IMG/VR virus record: IMGVR_UViG_3300033997_000134
Span: 1-62,420 of that record
Direction: 5' to 3' (one strand)
Length of the DNA stretch: 62,420 nucleotides
Origin: a virus
Lineage: Duplodnaviria > Caudoviricetes
Both the position numbers and the translations under genes were made by a program. Of this stretch, positions 55,159 to 62,420 are shown one piece after another (the stretch's first letter is position 1; each line of letters begins with the position of its first letter). The notes beneath the pieces are model-generated. The model saw only the letters and a list, made by a program, of their open reading frames with translations, ran no database searches and was not told the origin of the DNA.

Positions 55159-56099
55159 CACTTCCCTTCTGCGCTCATGGCGTCCCACGCGGCAGTCACT
55201 GCGGCGCGCAGATCCTCCAGCGTTCCGTGGTTGTGGATAACTCGCTCTGGCTTGAATTCACTGCCATCGGTGTCGCTCTTGTGGCCAGTTCCGCCAGCCT
55301 GCACACCTGTGCGCTGGATCTGCCACAGCTCGCCGCCAAGGGCGCGAATCATTGCGGCCTCATTGGCAAAACGTACATCGGTGACCACAAACGCGCTTCC
55401 AGGTGTGGCCCAGTCCCAGTTGATCAGCTCTTGGTGTGTGCGCTTGACAAAGTAATCCGGGTCGTGCGCGCGGCGGTAGTCGCCCCACCATTGAAGGATC
55501 TGGCGGGGGCTACGGGGGACGCACCAGTCATCATTGAAGTGCGTATCGACTACGAATTCATCATGCTTGCAAGCCATCAGCGGCAATAGTGGGCTTGGCA
55601 CCTCCTTCGTGTCGCGGGCTTTAAGTCGCTCGACCGAAACGCCGAATGCCTCGGCTACTTCCTGGTACAGCACATCAGCAAAGGCCAGCTTGCGGGCAGG
55701 CAGCATGTCGGCCACAGTGTCCTTGCCTGCGCCAGCAGCGCCACACAATGCGACCAGCTTCACGCGTCCCAGCGAATTGCGCGTCTGCTGCTGCGCTTCT
55801 TTTCGCTTGAAGGCCTGCACCTCATCGACTGTCGCATAGCGCGTAAAGCCGAGATGCTTATCTTTGATGCCTCTTTCAAATGTTTCCATCAGCCAGCTTC
55901 CAGGCGTCAGGTACTTCTCTCTGGAGAAAATTTCTTTCAACCCGATGCATACGGCGGAAGCCTTATCCACAAACCCGCTTTCGTCGTTAGCCAAATACGA
56001 AACAACAATGATCTCTATCGAGTCGCCATTCGATGTGATGCTTATTTCATCCAAATGTGGAACCTGCTTTGCAGCTTCCTTGAAGGCATCGAAATTCAT
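55158..56099 (-). CDS. Deoxynucleoside monophosphate kinase with unknown N-terminal domain
   Basis: LCGAAGAGKDTVA, AFAD, SPRQILQWWG, VTDVRFANE, HKSD. Confidence 0.85.
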   Translation of the reverse strand: MNFDAFKEAAKQVPHLDEISITSNGDSIEIIVVSYLANDESGFVDKASAVCIGLKEIFSREKYLTPGSWLMETFERGIKDKHLGFTRYATVDEVQAFKRKEAQQQTRNSLGRVKLVALCGAAGAGKDTVADMLPARKLAFADVLYQEVAEAFGVSVERLKARDTKEVPSPLLPLMACKHDEFVVDTHFNDDWCVPRSPRQILQWWGDYRRAHDPDYFVKRTHQELINWDWATPGSAFVVTDVRFANEAAMIRALGGELWQIQRTGVQAGGTGHKSDTDGSEFKPERVIHNHGTLEDLRAAVTAAWDAMSAEGK

Positions 56100-56830
56100 A
56101 CCTCCACCGCCTTCCCCGCGGTGGCCTGCACCACCTTGTGCTTGCCCCACTCTCCTGCAATCCACTCCACGCCCTTGGGGGTGAAGCGTGCCTGCACGAA
56201 TGCTTTTTCGGTCAGCGTGTTCACGCCCGTCTTGACGGTGAAGCGGCCGGCATCAATGTGGCGCTGGTAGGGCGTCAGCCTGCCATCCAGCCGGTACATG
56301 ATCTGCTTGTCCTGCAGCCATGCACTCAACTGGTGTTCATTGGCCCCCAGTGTCTTGGCCAGCTGGCGAAAACCAATCGCGCCTTGCGCTGCCACGTAGC
56401 GATCCACGTACTCCACCTTGGGCTGGGCCTGCGCCAGCAGGCGCTGCTTTTCCTCCAGCAGCTCGGCCTGCTCGGCAGCCAGGCGCAGTGCTTGGGCCAT
56501 GGTCTGCGGTACAGCGGGGGCTTGCTTGGATTCCAGCTCTTTCAAGCGGTTCAGCACCCAGCGGCGCACGCCTTTGGATTCACGCATGGCCACCAACTTG
56601 CATTGGTCGGCGGTCATACGGATGGCTTCAAATGAACGTCCTCCACGTTCGGGCGGAGCGATTACGAAAATTTCGTAATCGCCTTCGTCCAACTCATCTT
56701 TGCAGCGGGCAATGAAATCGTTATGGCGCACAGGGTTCTCGCCATGATTTACGCGGGACTCGTTCACAAGCTCCAGCAGTTCAATGCTGCTCATGGTCAG
56801 TGGCGCTGCTGGATTCATCAGTGCACTCAT
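56096..56830 (-). CDS. Antirepressor (Rha-like N-terminus plus KilAC)
   Basis: TMSSIEL, VPQTMAQALRLAAE, PKVEYVD, FTPKGVEWI. Confidence 0.88.
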   Translation of the reverse strand: MSALMNPAAPLTMSSIELLELVNESRVNHGENPVRHNDFIARCKDELDEGDYEIFVIAPPERGGRSFEAIRMTADQCKLVAMRESKGVRRWVLNRLKELESKQAPAVPQTMAQALRLAAEQAELLEEKQRLLAQAQPKVEYVDRYVAAQGAIGFRQLAKTLGANEHQLSAWLQDKQIMYRLDGRLTPYQRHIDAGRFTVKTGVNTLTEKAFVQARFTPKGVEWIAGEWGKHKVVQATAGKAVEV

Positions 56831-57720
56831 TGCTCGGTTCCTTTCTGCTGCTGGTTCAGGTGTTGCTGTACGGCTGCGCCTATCTCGCGCTGACGTTTGG
56901 AAAACTTCATGCGCTCCAGGCGCTGCTGGGCCTGCTGGCGGCGCTTGACGCGCTGGGCACCCTTGGCAGCAGCCTCGCGGGCCTTCTTGATGTGCTCCAC
57001 CACGTTGGCGGGCAAGATGCCGCTCACAGTGGGCTTGCTGTTCACGATCTGGCCCAGCGCTGTCATGCCACTGGGGCCTGGCAGCAGCTTGAGCGGGCCG
57101 GGCGCCGTGTATCCCAGCGCCACAAAGGCGTTTTGCTGGGGGTCGAACTGGGCGATGCCTTCCAAGGCATCCAGCGCCATAGCCAGCGGCAGGCGCCCTT
57201 GCTCATGGGCTTGTGCGATGGCCACGCGGCGCAGCTCGGGGTCACTGCCAAGGCTGTAGGCCGGGACTGGGCGCTTGAGCTGGGCCCGTGCGTCCTGCAC
57301 GATGCGCTCATAGGCCTGCTTGAAGGCCATGCGGGCGCCTACTTGGTCGCGGCCCTCCAGCATCGGGGCGCAGGCCGTCCACGCCTGGGCAATCTCGTCT
57401 GTCCACACCACCGTCTGCGTTTCGTCCTTGGCCTTGAGCACCAGCGCAAAGGCTTCATCGGCACCAATGCGGCCATTGATGGCGTCCAGCTGATCCAGCA
57501 GCGCCTTGGGGGTCAGCCTGCCAGTGCCTTCCATGCGCACCCGGTGCAGTGCTTCCTTGAGCTGGGCCTTGGGAAAGCAGCGGAAGTCGGCCACCATCAG
57601 CGCCACCGTGTTGTCGCTGATCACCTGCCCCATGGCTTCGGCAGTGGCTGCCAGCTCCCCTGCCAGCCAGTCAATGTCGCGGTTACTCAGCATGGCCGTC
57701 CTCCTGGGCTTCACGCTCAC
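56827..57720 (-). CDS. Replication-associated protein (P-position, helicase-loader-like)
   Basis: Follows the initiator; VVWTDEIAQAW...ARMAFKQAYER. Confidence 0.65.
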   Translation of the reverse strand: MSVKPRRTAMLSNRDIDWLAGELAATAEAMGQVISDNTVALMVADFRCFPKAQLKEALHRVRMEGTGRLTPKALLDQLDAINGRIGADEAFALVLKAKDETQTVVWTDEIAQAWTACAPMLEGRDQVGARMAFKQAYERIVQDARAQLKRPVPAYSLGSDPELRRVAIAQAHEQGRLPLAMALDALEGIAQFDPQQNAFVALGYTAPGPLKLLPGPSGMTALGQIVNSKPTVSGILPANVVEHIKKAREAAAKGAQRVKRRQQAQQRLERMKFSKRQREIGAAVQQHLNQQQKGTEQ

Positions 57721-58663
57721 GCTGGGCGATCATGGCGCGCGCCTTGTCGGCGGCGCTTTGCGCGGTGTTCAGGTTGGTCTGGGTCTTGTCGGCCTGCTGC
57801 GCGCTGGCGTTGGTCATGGAAATACCCACGGCCCATTGCGTGCGGTAGGCCTCGCACTGCGCCAGCAAGTCGCCAATCGCATGGCAGCGGCGCACCACGA
57901 ACGCATCATTGATGTTCTGGACAAAGTAGGTCGCCACGTTCGGGGCTTCCTTGCCAACCCGTTTCACAATGTCCTGGACGTTCTTGTTCGTCTTTTCGTT
58001 GCGCACGGGGAGCGTGCCATAACGGCCTTGGTAGGCACTGGCGTAGGCAGCCCATGTATCGCGGCACAGCGCCTTGAACAATTCCGTCTTTTGTTCCTTG
58101 CTCAGTGCCTGCAGGTCATCAGGCTGCACCCCCAGCTCACCCGCCGCGCCGGTGGCGGCAGCCGCCGGTGCAAATGGTTCATTGGTGGTTCCTTTACGGT
58201 TCCTATTACGGTTCTCTTTAGATTTGGGTGCGCCATTTGCCACCCCCCCGTGCGCCTGCTGCGGGGGGTGGGGTGCGCCATCTGCACCCCCTGGTGCGCC
58301 ATCTGCACCACCCGGTGCGCCATCTGCACCCGGTGCGCTATCTGCGGGGGGTGCGCCATCTGCACCCCCTGCCCTCTGGCGCTTGGCGGGTGCTTTTGAT
58401 GGGTCGAAGTTCTGGGGCGTGACCGTGTAAACCGATGAACTGTTTTCCTTGTACTCGCGGTACAGCGCGCCCGTGGTCTGCAGCCAGCGCAAAGCCTCCT
58501 GCACGGCACGCTCAGACAAGCAAGTGCGTCGCTCGATAGTGCGCACACTGGGCCAGCACACGCCCGCATCGTTTGCCTGGTCTGCAAGCGACACAAGCAC
58601 CGCTTTCTGTGCAGGACTCATTCCCTGCAGATCCCAGCAGGCCGACATGATGATGGTGCTCAT
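57683..58663 (-). CDS. Replication initiator (O-like, HTH_36)
   Basis: KAVLVSLADQAN...CWPSVRTI...LSERAVQEAL; internal iterons. Confidence 0.88.
   Translation of the reverse strand: MSTIIMSACWDLQGMSPAQKAVLVSLADQANDAGVCWPSVRTIERRTCLSERAVQEALRWLQTTGALYREYKENSSSVYTVTPQNFDPSKAPAKRQRAGGADGAPPADSAPGADGAPGGADGAPGGADGAPHPPQQAHGGVANGAPKSKENRNRNRKGTTNEPFAPAAAATGAAGELGVQPDDLQALSKEQKTELFKALCRDTWAAYASAYQGRYGTLPVRNEKTNKNVQDIVKRVGKEAPNVATYFVQNINDAFVVRRCHAIGDLLAQCEAYRTQWAVGISMTNASAQQADKTQTNLNTAQSAADKARAMIAQREREAQEDGHAE
58227..58363. repeat. Replication origin iterons
   Basis: GGTGCGCCATCTGC x6 (two with one mismatch) at 58227, 58272, 58293, 58314, 58332 and 58350, next to an AT-rich patch at ~58170-58225. 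Confidence 0.85.
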
Positions 58664-58666
58664 TGA

Positions 58667-58975
58667 CTACCTCTTGTCGGATTCGGGGCCCCAGGAATGA
58701 CCTATGAGTCCTGTCAATGTCGCAATACGCTTGGCGTCATGATTCGCTTTATCCAGAACCATTTGGCTGTAGGTCTTGCCGTACACACTGGCATAGATGA
58801 AGTCGCGCAGCACCGAGGACGTGTCAACGCCTCGCATGCTGCAGTGCTGCAGCCAGAGTTCGTGGGTTTTTTCGTCAATCTTGGTTTTGGCGGGCACTTC
58901 CAGCTTGCCAAGGGGGCCAGCGATGCCGCGAGCGAACATCGGCAGGTCGTCTTCTTCTTGATGAGGTGTCTGCAT
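58667..58975 (-). CDS. CII-position regulatory protein
   Basis: Between cro and the initiator; SSVLRDFIY (RHH-like). Confidence 0.6.
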   Translation of the reverse strand: MQTPHQEEDDLPMFARGIAGPLGKLEVPAKTKIDEKTHELWLQHCSMRGVDTSSVLRDFIYASVYGKTYSQMVLDKANHDAKRIATLTGLIGHSWGPESDKR

Positions 58976-59063
58976 GCCACCTACTCCTTAAATGGCGCCT
59001 GCCACCCCATGGGCTACGATGGCGCTGCTTACACAACCATCAACAACCACAAGGCTGGCAGGC

Positions 59064-59330
59064 ATGAAAAACGAGGATTTGCAAAAGCAACTAAGCGCCG
59101 ATATGGCGGGAATGCACTTAGCTCTGGGATGTGCAATTCGCGCACTCATTTCGACGCATCCAGACCCTGTGGCTTTAACAAGGGCTCTGCAGCAGGAGAA
59201 AGAGGAAATGCTGGTTTACTTGAACGCGTCTCCTGTCCCGGACCGGTCAATAGAGGCTTTTCTCGCCGCACTTCCTCTTGTCGATGCTCAAATCCAAGAT
59301 GCGCAGCAAGCCTCAGGACGCACGGCTTAA
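59064..59330 (+). CDS. Hypothetical protein antisense to the pR operon
   Basis: 88 aa filling the cro-cII gap; RALISTHPDP. Confidence 0.6.
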   Translation: MKNEDLQKQLSADMAGMHLALGCAIRALISTHPDPVALTRALQQEKEEMLVYLNASPVPDRSIEAFLAALPLVDAQIQDAQQASGRTA

Positions 59331-59350
59331 GAGGTGCCAACAGCAAGCGC

Positions 59351-59629
59351 TCACCCATGGTTCACCTCTTGGATGGTGGGATTGGCAGGTGCCGTCGATT
59401 CGACTTGCTGCGCCAGCTCGGGCCAGATCAAATGCCAGTCATCAGGACGGAGTTCTTGCCGACTAACCGCTCCCAAAGTGGCTGCCTCGATAGCAACAGC
59501 CATCTTTTCCGGCACAGGTCGCTTTCCAGATGCCCAGCGCGACACATCCGGCTGATGTGCCCCAATTTTTTGAGCAAGGGCTCCAATGGATCCACGGCCC
59601 TGCTGAGAGATGTACTCATTAAGGTTCAT
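59351..59629 (-). CDS. cro: Cro/YdaS-like repressor
   Basis: ALAQKIGAHQPDVSRWASG...IEAATLGAVSRQELRPDDWHLIWPEL; divergent from cI. Confidence 0.88.
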   Translation of the reverse strand: MNLNEYISQQGRGSIGALAQKIGAHQPDVSRWASGKRPVPEKMAVAIEAATLGAVSRQELRPDDWHLIWPELAQQVESTAPANPTIQEVNHG

Positions 59630-59635
59630 CCCTTG

Positions 59636-59701
59636 ATTGTTAGCGATGCGCTATAGCAAGTCAATAGCGCCGCGCTCTTTTGAATCTATAGCATTTTGCT
59701 A
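59636..59701. promoter_or_regulatory. oR: pR promoter and three operators
   Basis: Minus strand TTGACT-17 nt-AACAAT. Palindromes TAGCGATGCGCTA (59641), TAGCGCCGCGCTC (59665) and TAGCATTTTGCTA (59689) are 24 bp apart. Confidence 0.85.
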
Positions 59702-59713
59702 AAAGATAGCGAT

Positions 59714-60445
59714 ATGGACTCGATTGAAGTAACACGGCGCAAAAGACTTGAACTGCTCGTTAAGCAGCTAGGTACGCAGGCCGAACTGGCAAACAAAATT
59801 GGCAAGGCTCCTGCACAGGTGAGCCAATGGATTCGTGCGCTACCAGATTCAAAAACCGGCAAGCCACGCTCTATGAGCAAGGAAATAGCGCGTGACATTG
59901 AGCGCTCTCTGAACTTGGAGCGGGGATGGATGGATCAGCCGATAGAAGATCAAAGCGAACACCAAACCTCAATATTCAATAGCCCACATGTAGTCCCATA
60001 CCACGCCCCAGACGCAGTTCTCGTTCCAGTTTTGGCGAACTGCGCAAGCATGGGTGCGGGTGAAGCACTGCTCGAGTCCGATGTGATCGTTGGCGATTTG
60101 GCCCTGTCGCCGCACTGGATCAATCAATACATCAGGCCTCAGAACCCAAGGGAGCTGCGTTTCATCCACGCCTACGGGGACAGCATGGCCCCCACCTTTA
60201 CTGACGGTGACGTGTTGCTGGTGGACACGGGTATTGGAGCTCGTGATCCATCCGCACGCGAAGGTGTCTATGTGCTGCAGGTTGACGACAAAAATTACAT
60301 CAAGCGGGTAACGCCAACATTCGACGGAAAACTACAAGTCACCAGCGATAACCCAAGCTCCAAAACCGTCCAAGTTCTCAACGGCGACCACCAAGTACGC
60401 GTGCTTGGGCGTGTGGTGTGGGCATGGAATGGGAAACGCCTCTGA
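59714..60445 (+). CDS. cI: CI repressor (HTH plus S24 peptidase)
   Basis: QAELANKIGKAPAQVSQW; ASMGAG; GDSMAPT; YIKRV; VLGRVVWAW. Confidence 0.93.
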   Translation: MDSIEVTRRKRLELLVKQLGTQAELANKIGKAPAQVSQWIRALPDSKTGKPRSMSKEIARDIERSLNLERGWMDQPIEDQSEHQTSIFNSPHVVPYHAPDAVLVPVLANCASMGAGEALLESDVIVGDLALSPHWINQYIRPQNPRELRFIHAYGDSMAPTFTDGDVLLVDTGIGARDPSAREGVYVLQVDDKNYIKRVTPTFDGKLQVTSDNPSSKTVQVLNGDHQVRVLGRVVWAWNGKRL

Positions 60446-60470
60446 CGAAATAGCCGAGGGATTGCCAAAT

Positions 60471-60884
60471 ATGTCTTTCTTGAAAAGCATAGCGGGTGCA
60501 CTTGACCCACAAGTAAACGCCTTTACAACCATCCTGCAGAAAAAACGCGGAATGCAAATAGGCCCTGATGGATCTGCTCAAGGCTGGTTCTATCGTTTAG
60601 GTTCTGACGCTGCAGGCAATGCGATGTCTCCCGAAGCAGCTCTTGCAAGAATTCTTAAAGAATGGACCAAGCTACAGCGCTCGCCATTACCAACACAGTT
60701 AGCAATGATCGAACTGAGGGCCATGGGAAATACGCGGGGCTACCCCGACAACATCAACTCAATCGAAGAGTGGATTGGTTGGAGGTTGCCACTTGCCTTT
60801 CCAAACCACCCGTTTCACCCCGATTTTGGATGGACTCCTGAGTTTTATCAGTGGGCTGTAGCAAGAGCCAGAGAGCATTTTTGA
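60471..60884 (+). CDS. Hypothetical protein (rex position)
   Basis: 137 aa downstream of cI. Confidence 0.7.
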   Translation: MSFLKSIAGALDPQVNAFTTILQKKRGMQIGPDGSAQGWFYRLGSDAAGNAMSPEAALARILKEWTKLQRSPLPTQLAMIELRAMGNTRGYPDNINSIEEWIGWRLPLAFPNHPFHPDFGWTPEFYQWAVARAREHF

Positions 60885-61115
60885 AAGCCAGCTTCTGTAT
60901 GCACCCCCTGCGCCGCGCCCTTCCCTATGTGTACACCTTCTGGTTGGTGGTGGGTTTGGTGTGGACTGCTTGGGAGTGGTGTTCAGCACCAGGATTGGGC
61001 CCATGAGGAAGTTTTAAATGTACCCCCGTCAGTTAGCGCAGATTCTCAGGTGTTTTGAGAGAGCCCAGGATCAGCGACAACTGTTCGCTTGCATAAACAG
61101 ACTACTGGAGAGGAA

Positions 61116-61589
61116 ATGGTTCTAACCGACGATGTGATTCAGGAGCTGCTCAGCCTTCCAAAATTCATTCTGAATCCAAAGGCTAGGAAGATATCAAAGC
61201 GCGGGTCAGAGCAGGTAAACTATGACGTCGAGGGTGAATCGGGAGAAAAATTCAAGGTTTACCTTCGGCAGAACCTCAGAATCCCTGAAGGTTTCTCATG
61301 CGGACTCTTGTACGTGACTGATTCTGGAGACACGATCACTCTTACAAGATACAACGGCAGTGATCATGAGCACGGCAATCCATTAGATGACGGGAAACCA
61401 CTCCCAGTGGCTTGTCACATCCATCGTGCGACCCAAAAATACATGCTGGCTGGTAGGAAAGCCGAGCATTACGCAGACACCACAACTCGCTACAGCAACT
61501 TGGATGGGGCACTCAAAGCAATGTGCTTTGATTGCAACATTTCAGGTTTAAGCGACAATTTCGACATACAGCAAATACCTCTCTTGTAA
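61116..61589 (+). CDS. DUF6978-like His-rich protein
   Basis: LTRYNGSDHEHGNP...CHIH...DCNI; GGAGAGG RBS. Confidence 0.65.
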   Translation: MVLTDDVIQELLSLPKFILNPKARKISKRGSEQVNYDVEGESGEKFKVYLRQNLRIPEGFSCGLLYVTDSGDTITLTRYNGSDHEHGNPLDDGKPLPVACHIHRATQKYMLAGRKAEHYADTTTRYSNLDGALKAMCFDCNISGLSDNFDIQQIPLL

Positions 61590-62362
61590 TGAGCACCGCC
61601 GAAGCAATCCGCAAGTCACTTTGCGCTACCTTTTGTAGAGAGGTGGCAGTGACTGAACGCGCCGGAGCTGCGGCTGTTTCGCTTCCCATAATGGGCCGTG
61701 ACGGTGATTTCCTGACTGCATATGTGGAACCCGCAACAGCGGGGTGGCGCGTCTCTGACAAGGGATCGACACTGATGCGCCTAAGCTACGAAAACGACTT
61801 GTCAAAACTTCTGTCGGGCGCTCGCGAACGACTCTACAACACCGTACTTCTCGAATCCGGGCTGCAAGAGGATGACGGCGAGCTTTTTACGGAAGTGCCT
61901 GCCGATGCCCTTGCGATGGGGCTTTTTTCCCTGGCTCAAGGAGTTACAAGGGTAGAGGATCTCGGTCTCTGGACCAGAACGCGCGTGGAAAGCACCTTTG
62001 CTGACGACCTACGTTCAACACTTTTTGACATAGTTGGTAGAGAACGAGTCACCGAAGGCTACATCGTTCCCAACGTGCCTGCGGCAGAAAGCTATCCCGT
62101 CGACTTTTTCGTGCAAACAGATGCGGCGCCTTTGTTTGTCTTTGGCGTCCAAAACAGAGACAAAGCTCGGCTCACCACAATCATCTTGCAGCATCTTGCG
62201 TCACATACCCAATTGTTTAACTCCATGGTGGTGTACTCCGATGTTGACGACATTCCTAAGGCGGACAGGAATAGATTGATGAACGCAGCAAATGACTCTG
62301 TTGCAAGCATCAGCGATGTAGATGTGATCCGAATGAAGATACAACACAGAATGAAGGCCTAA
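61589..62362 (+). CDS. DUF1828(/DUF1829)-like protein
   Basis: LPIMGRDGD...WRVSDKGSTLMRL; C-terminal YPVDFFV; TAATG overlap with the upstream gene. Confidence 0.75.
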   Translation: MSTAEAIRKSLCATFCREVAVTERAGAAAVSLPIMGRDGDFLTAYVEPATAGWRVSDKGSTLMRLSYENDLSKLLSGARERLYNTVLLESGLQEDDGELFTEVPADALAMGLFSLAQGVTRVEDLGLWTRTRVESTFADDLRSTLFDIVGRERVTEGYIVPNVPAAESYPVDFFVQTDAAPLFVFGVQNRDKARLTTIILQHLASHTQLFNSMVVYSDVDDIPKADRNRLMNAANDSVASISDVDVIRMKIQHRMKA

Positions 62363-62393
62363 AGCCATACGACTGTACGTGCCGCACCGCCAA

Positions 62394-62420
62394 GCCACCT
62401 TCGGGTGGCTTCTCTTTTTT
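62394..62420 (+). terminator. Intrinsic terminator
   Basis: AGCCACC-TTCG-GGTGGCT followed by a T-tract. Confidence 0.8.

Larger units (their letters stand above)
1..62420. mobile_element. Complete temperate phage genome (podovirus-like), circularly permuted/excised form
   Basis: Integrase, attP, cI/cro, replication, packaging, head, tail and lysis modules are all present with no host genes. CTCTTTTTT occurs at both 1-9 and 62412-62420, and the cI-side genes run on into the pL region across the ends. Confidence 0.92.

Noticed and set aside
57130-57155. QFDPQQ in the replication protein as another FDPSTAR copy
   Set aside because: Single copy lacking STA; likely chance.
58227-58363. CRISPR-like array
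   Set aside because: The 14-bp units have 4-31 nt gaps and lie inside the initiator gene, so they are iterons; no cas genes are present.
1-62420. Reverse transcriptase (DGR or retron) for the VR pair or for the 2206-2308 stem
   Set aside because: No ORF shows RT motifs (YxDD in RT context). This was checked by eye only; an HMM scan should confirm.

Overview
The window looks like a complete, circularly permuted ~62.4 kb temperate podovirus-type phage genome. The last 9 nt repeat the first 9 nt, and an intact attP with a tRNA 3'-end core sits at ~12.9-13.15 kb. The host is probably a betaproteobacterium (Comamonadaceae-like; inferred). On the + strand, a pL-like early operon (1-11.9 kb) carries a vWA protein, an acyl carrier protein, structured non-coding stretches, rdgC, two DUF1566/C-type-lectin genes, mosaic small genes and an excisionase. 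The integrase and attP follow. On the - strand are lysis genes, a tail module with a BPP-1 Mtd-like adhesin, a glycosyltransferase, a 3500-aa polyvalent ejection protein, head and packaging genes, and the nin/replication/cro genes. cI and three rex-position accessory genes close the window. Best leads: (1) an antisense membrane moron whose C-terminus copies the tandem FDPSTA(R) motif at the N-terminus of the giant ejection protein, a possible decoy superinfection-exclusion system; (2) two DGR-type variable repeats with no template repeat or reverse transcriptase in the genome; (3) a seven-copy late promoter with an invariant 25-nt spacing; (4) large structured RNA candidates in an early operon full of terminators with no recognisable N. 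All family assignments come from motif recognition by eye; no searches were run.
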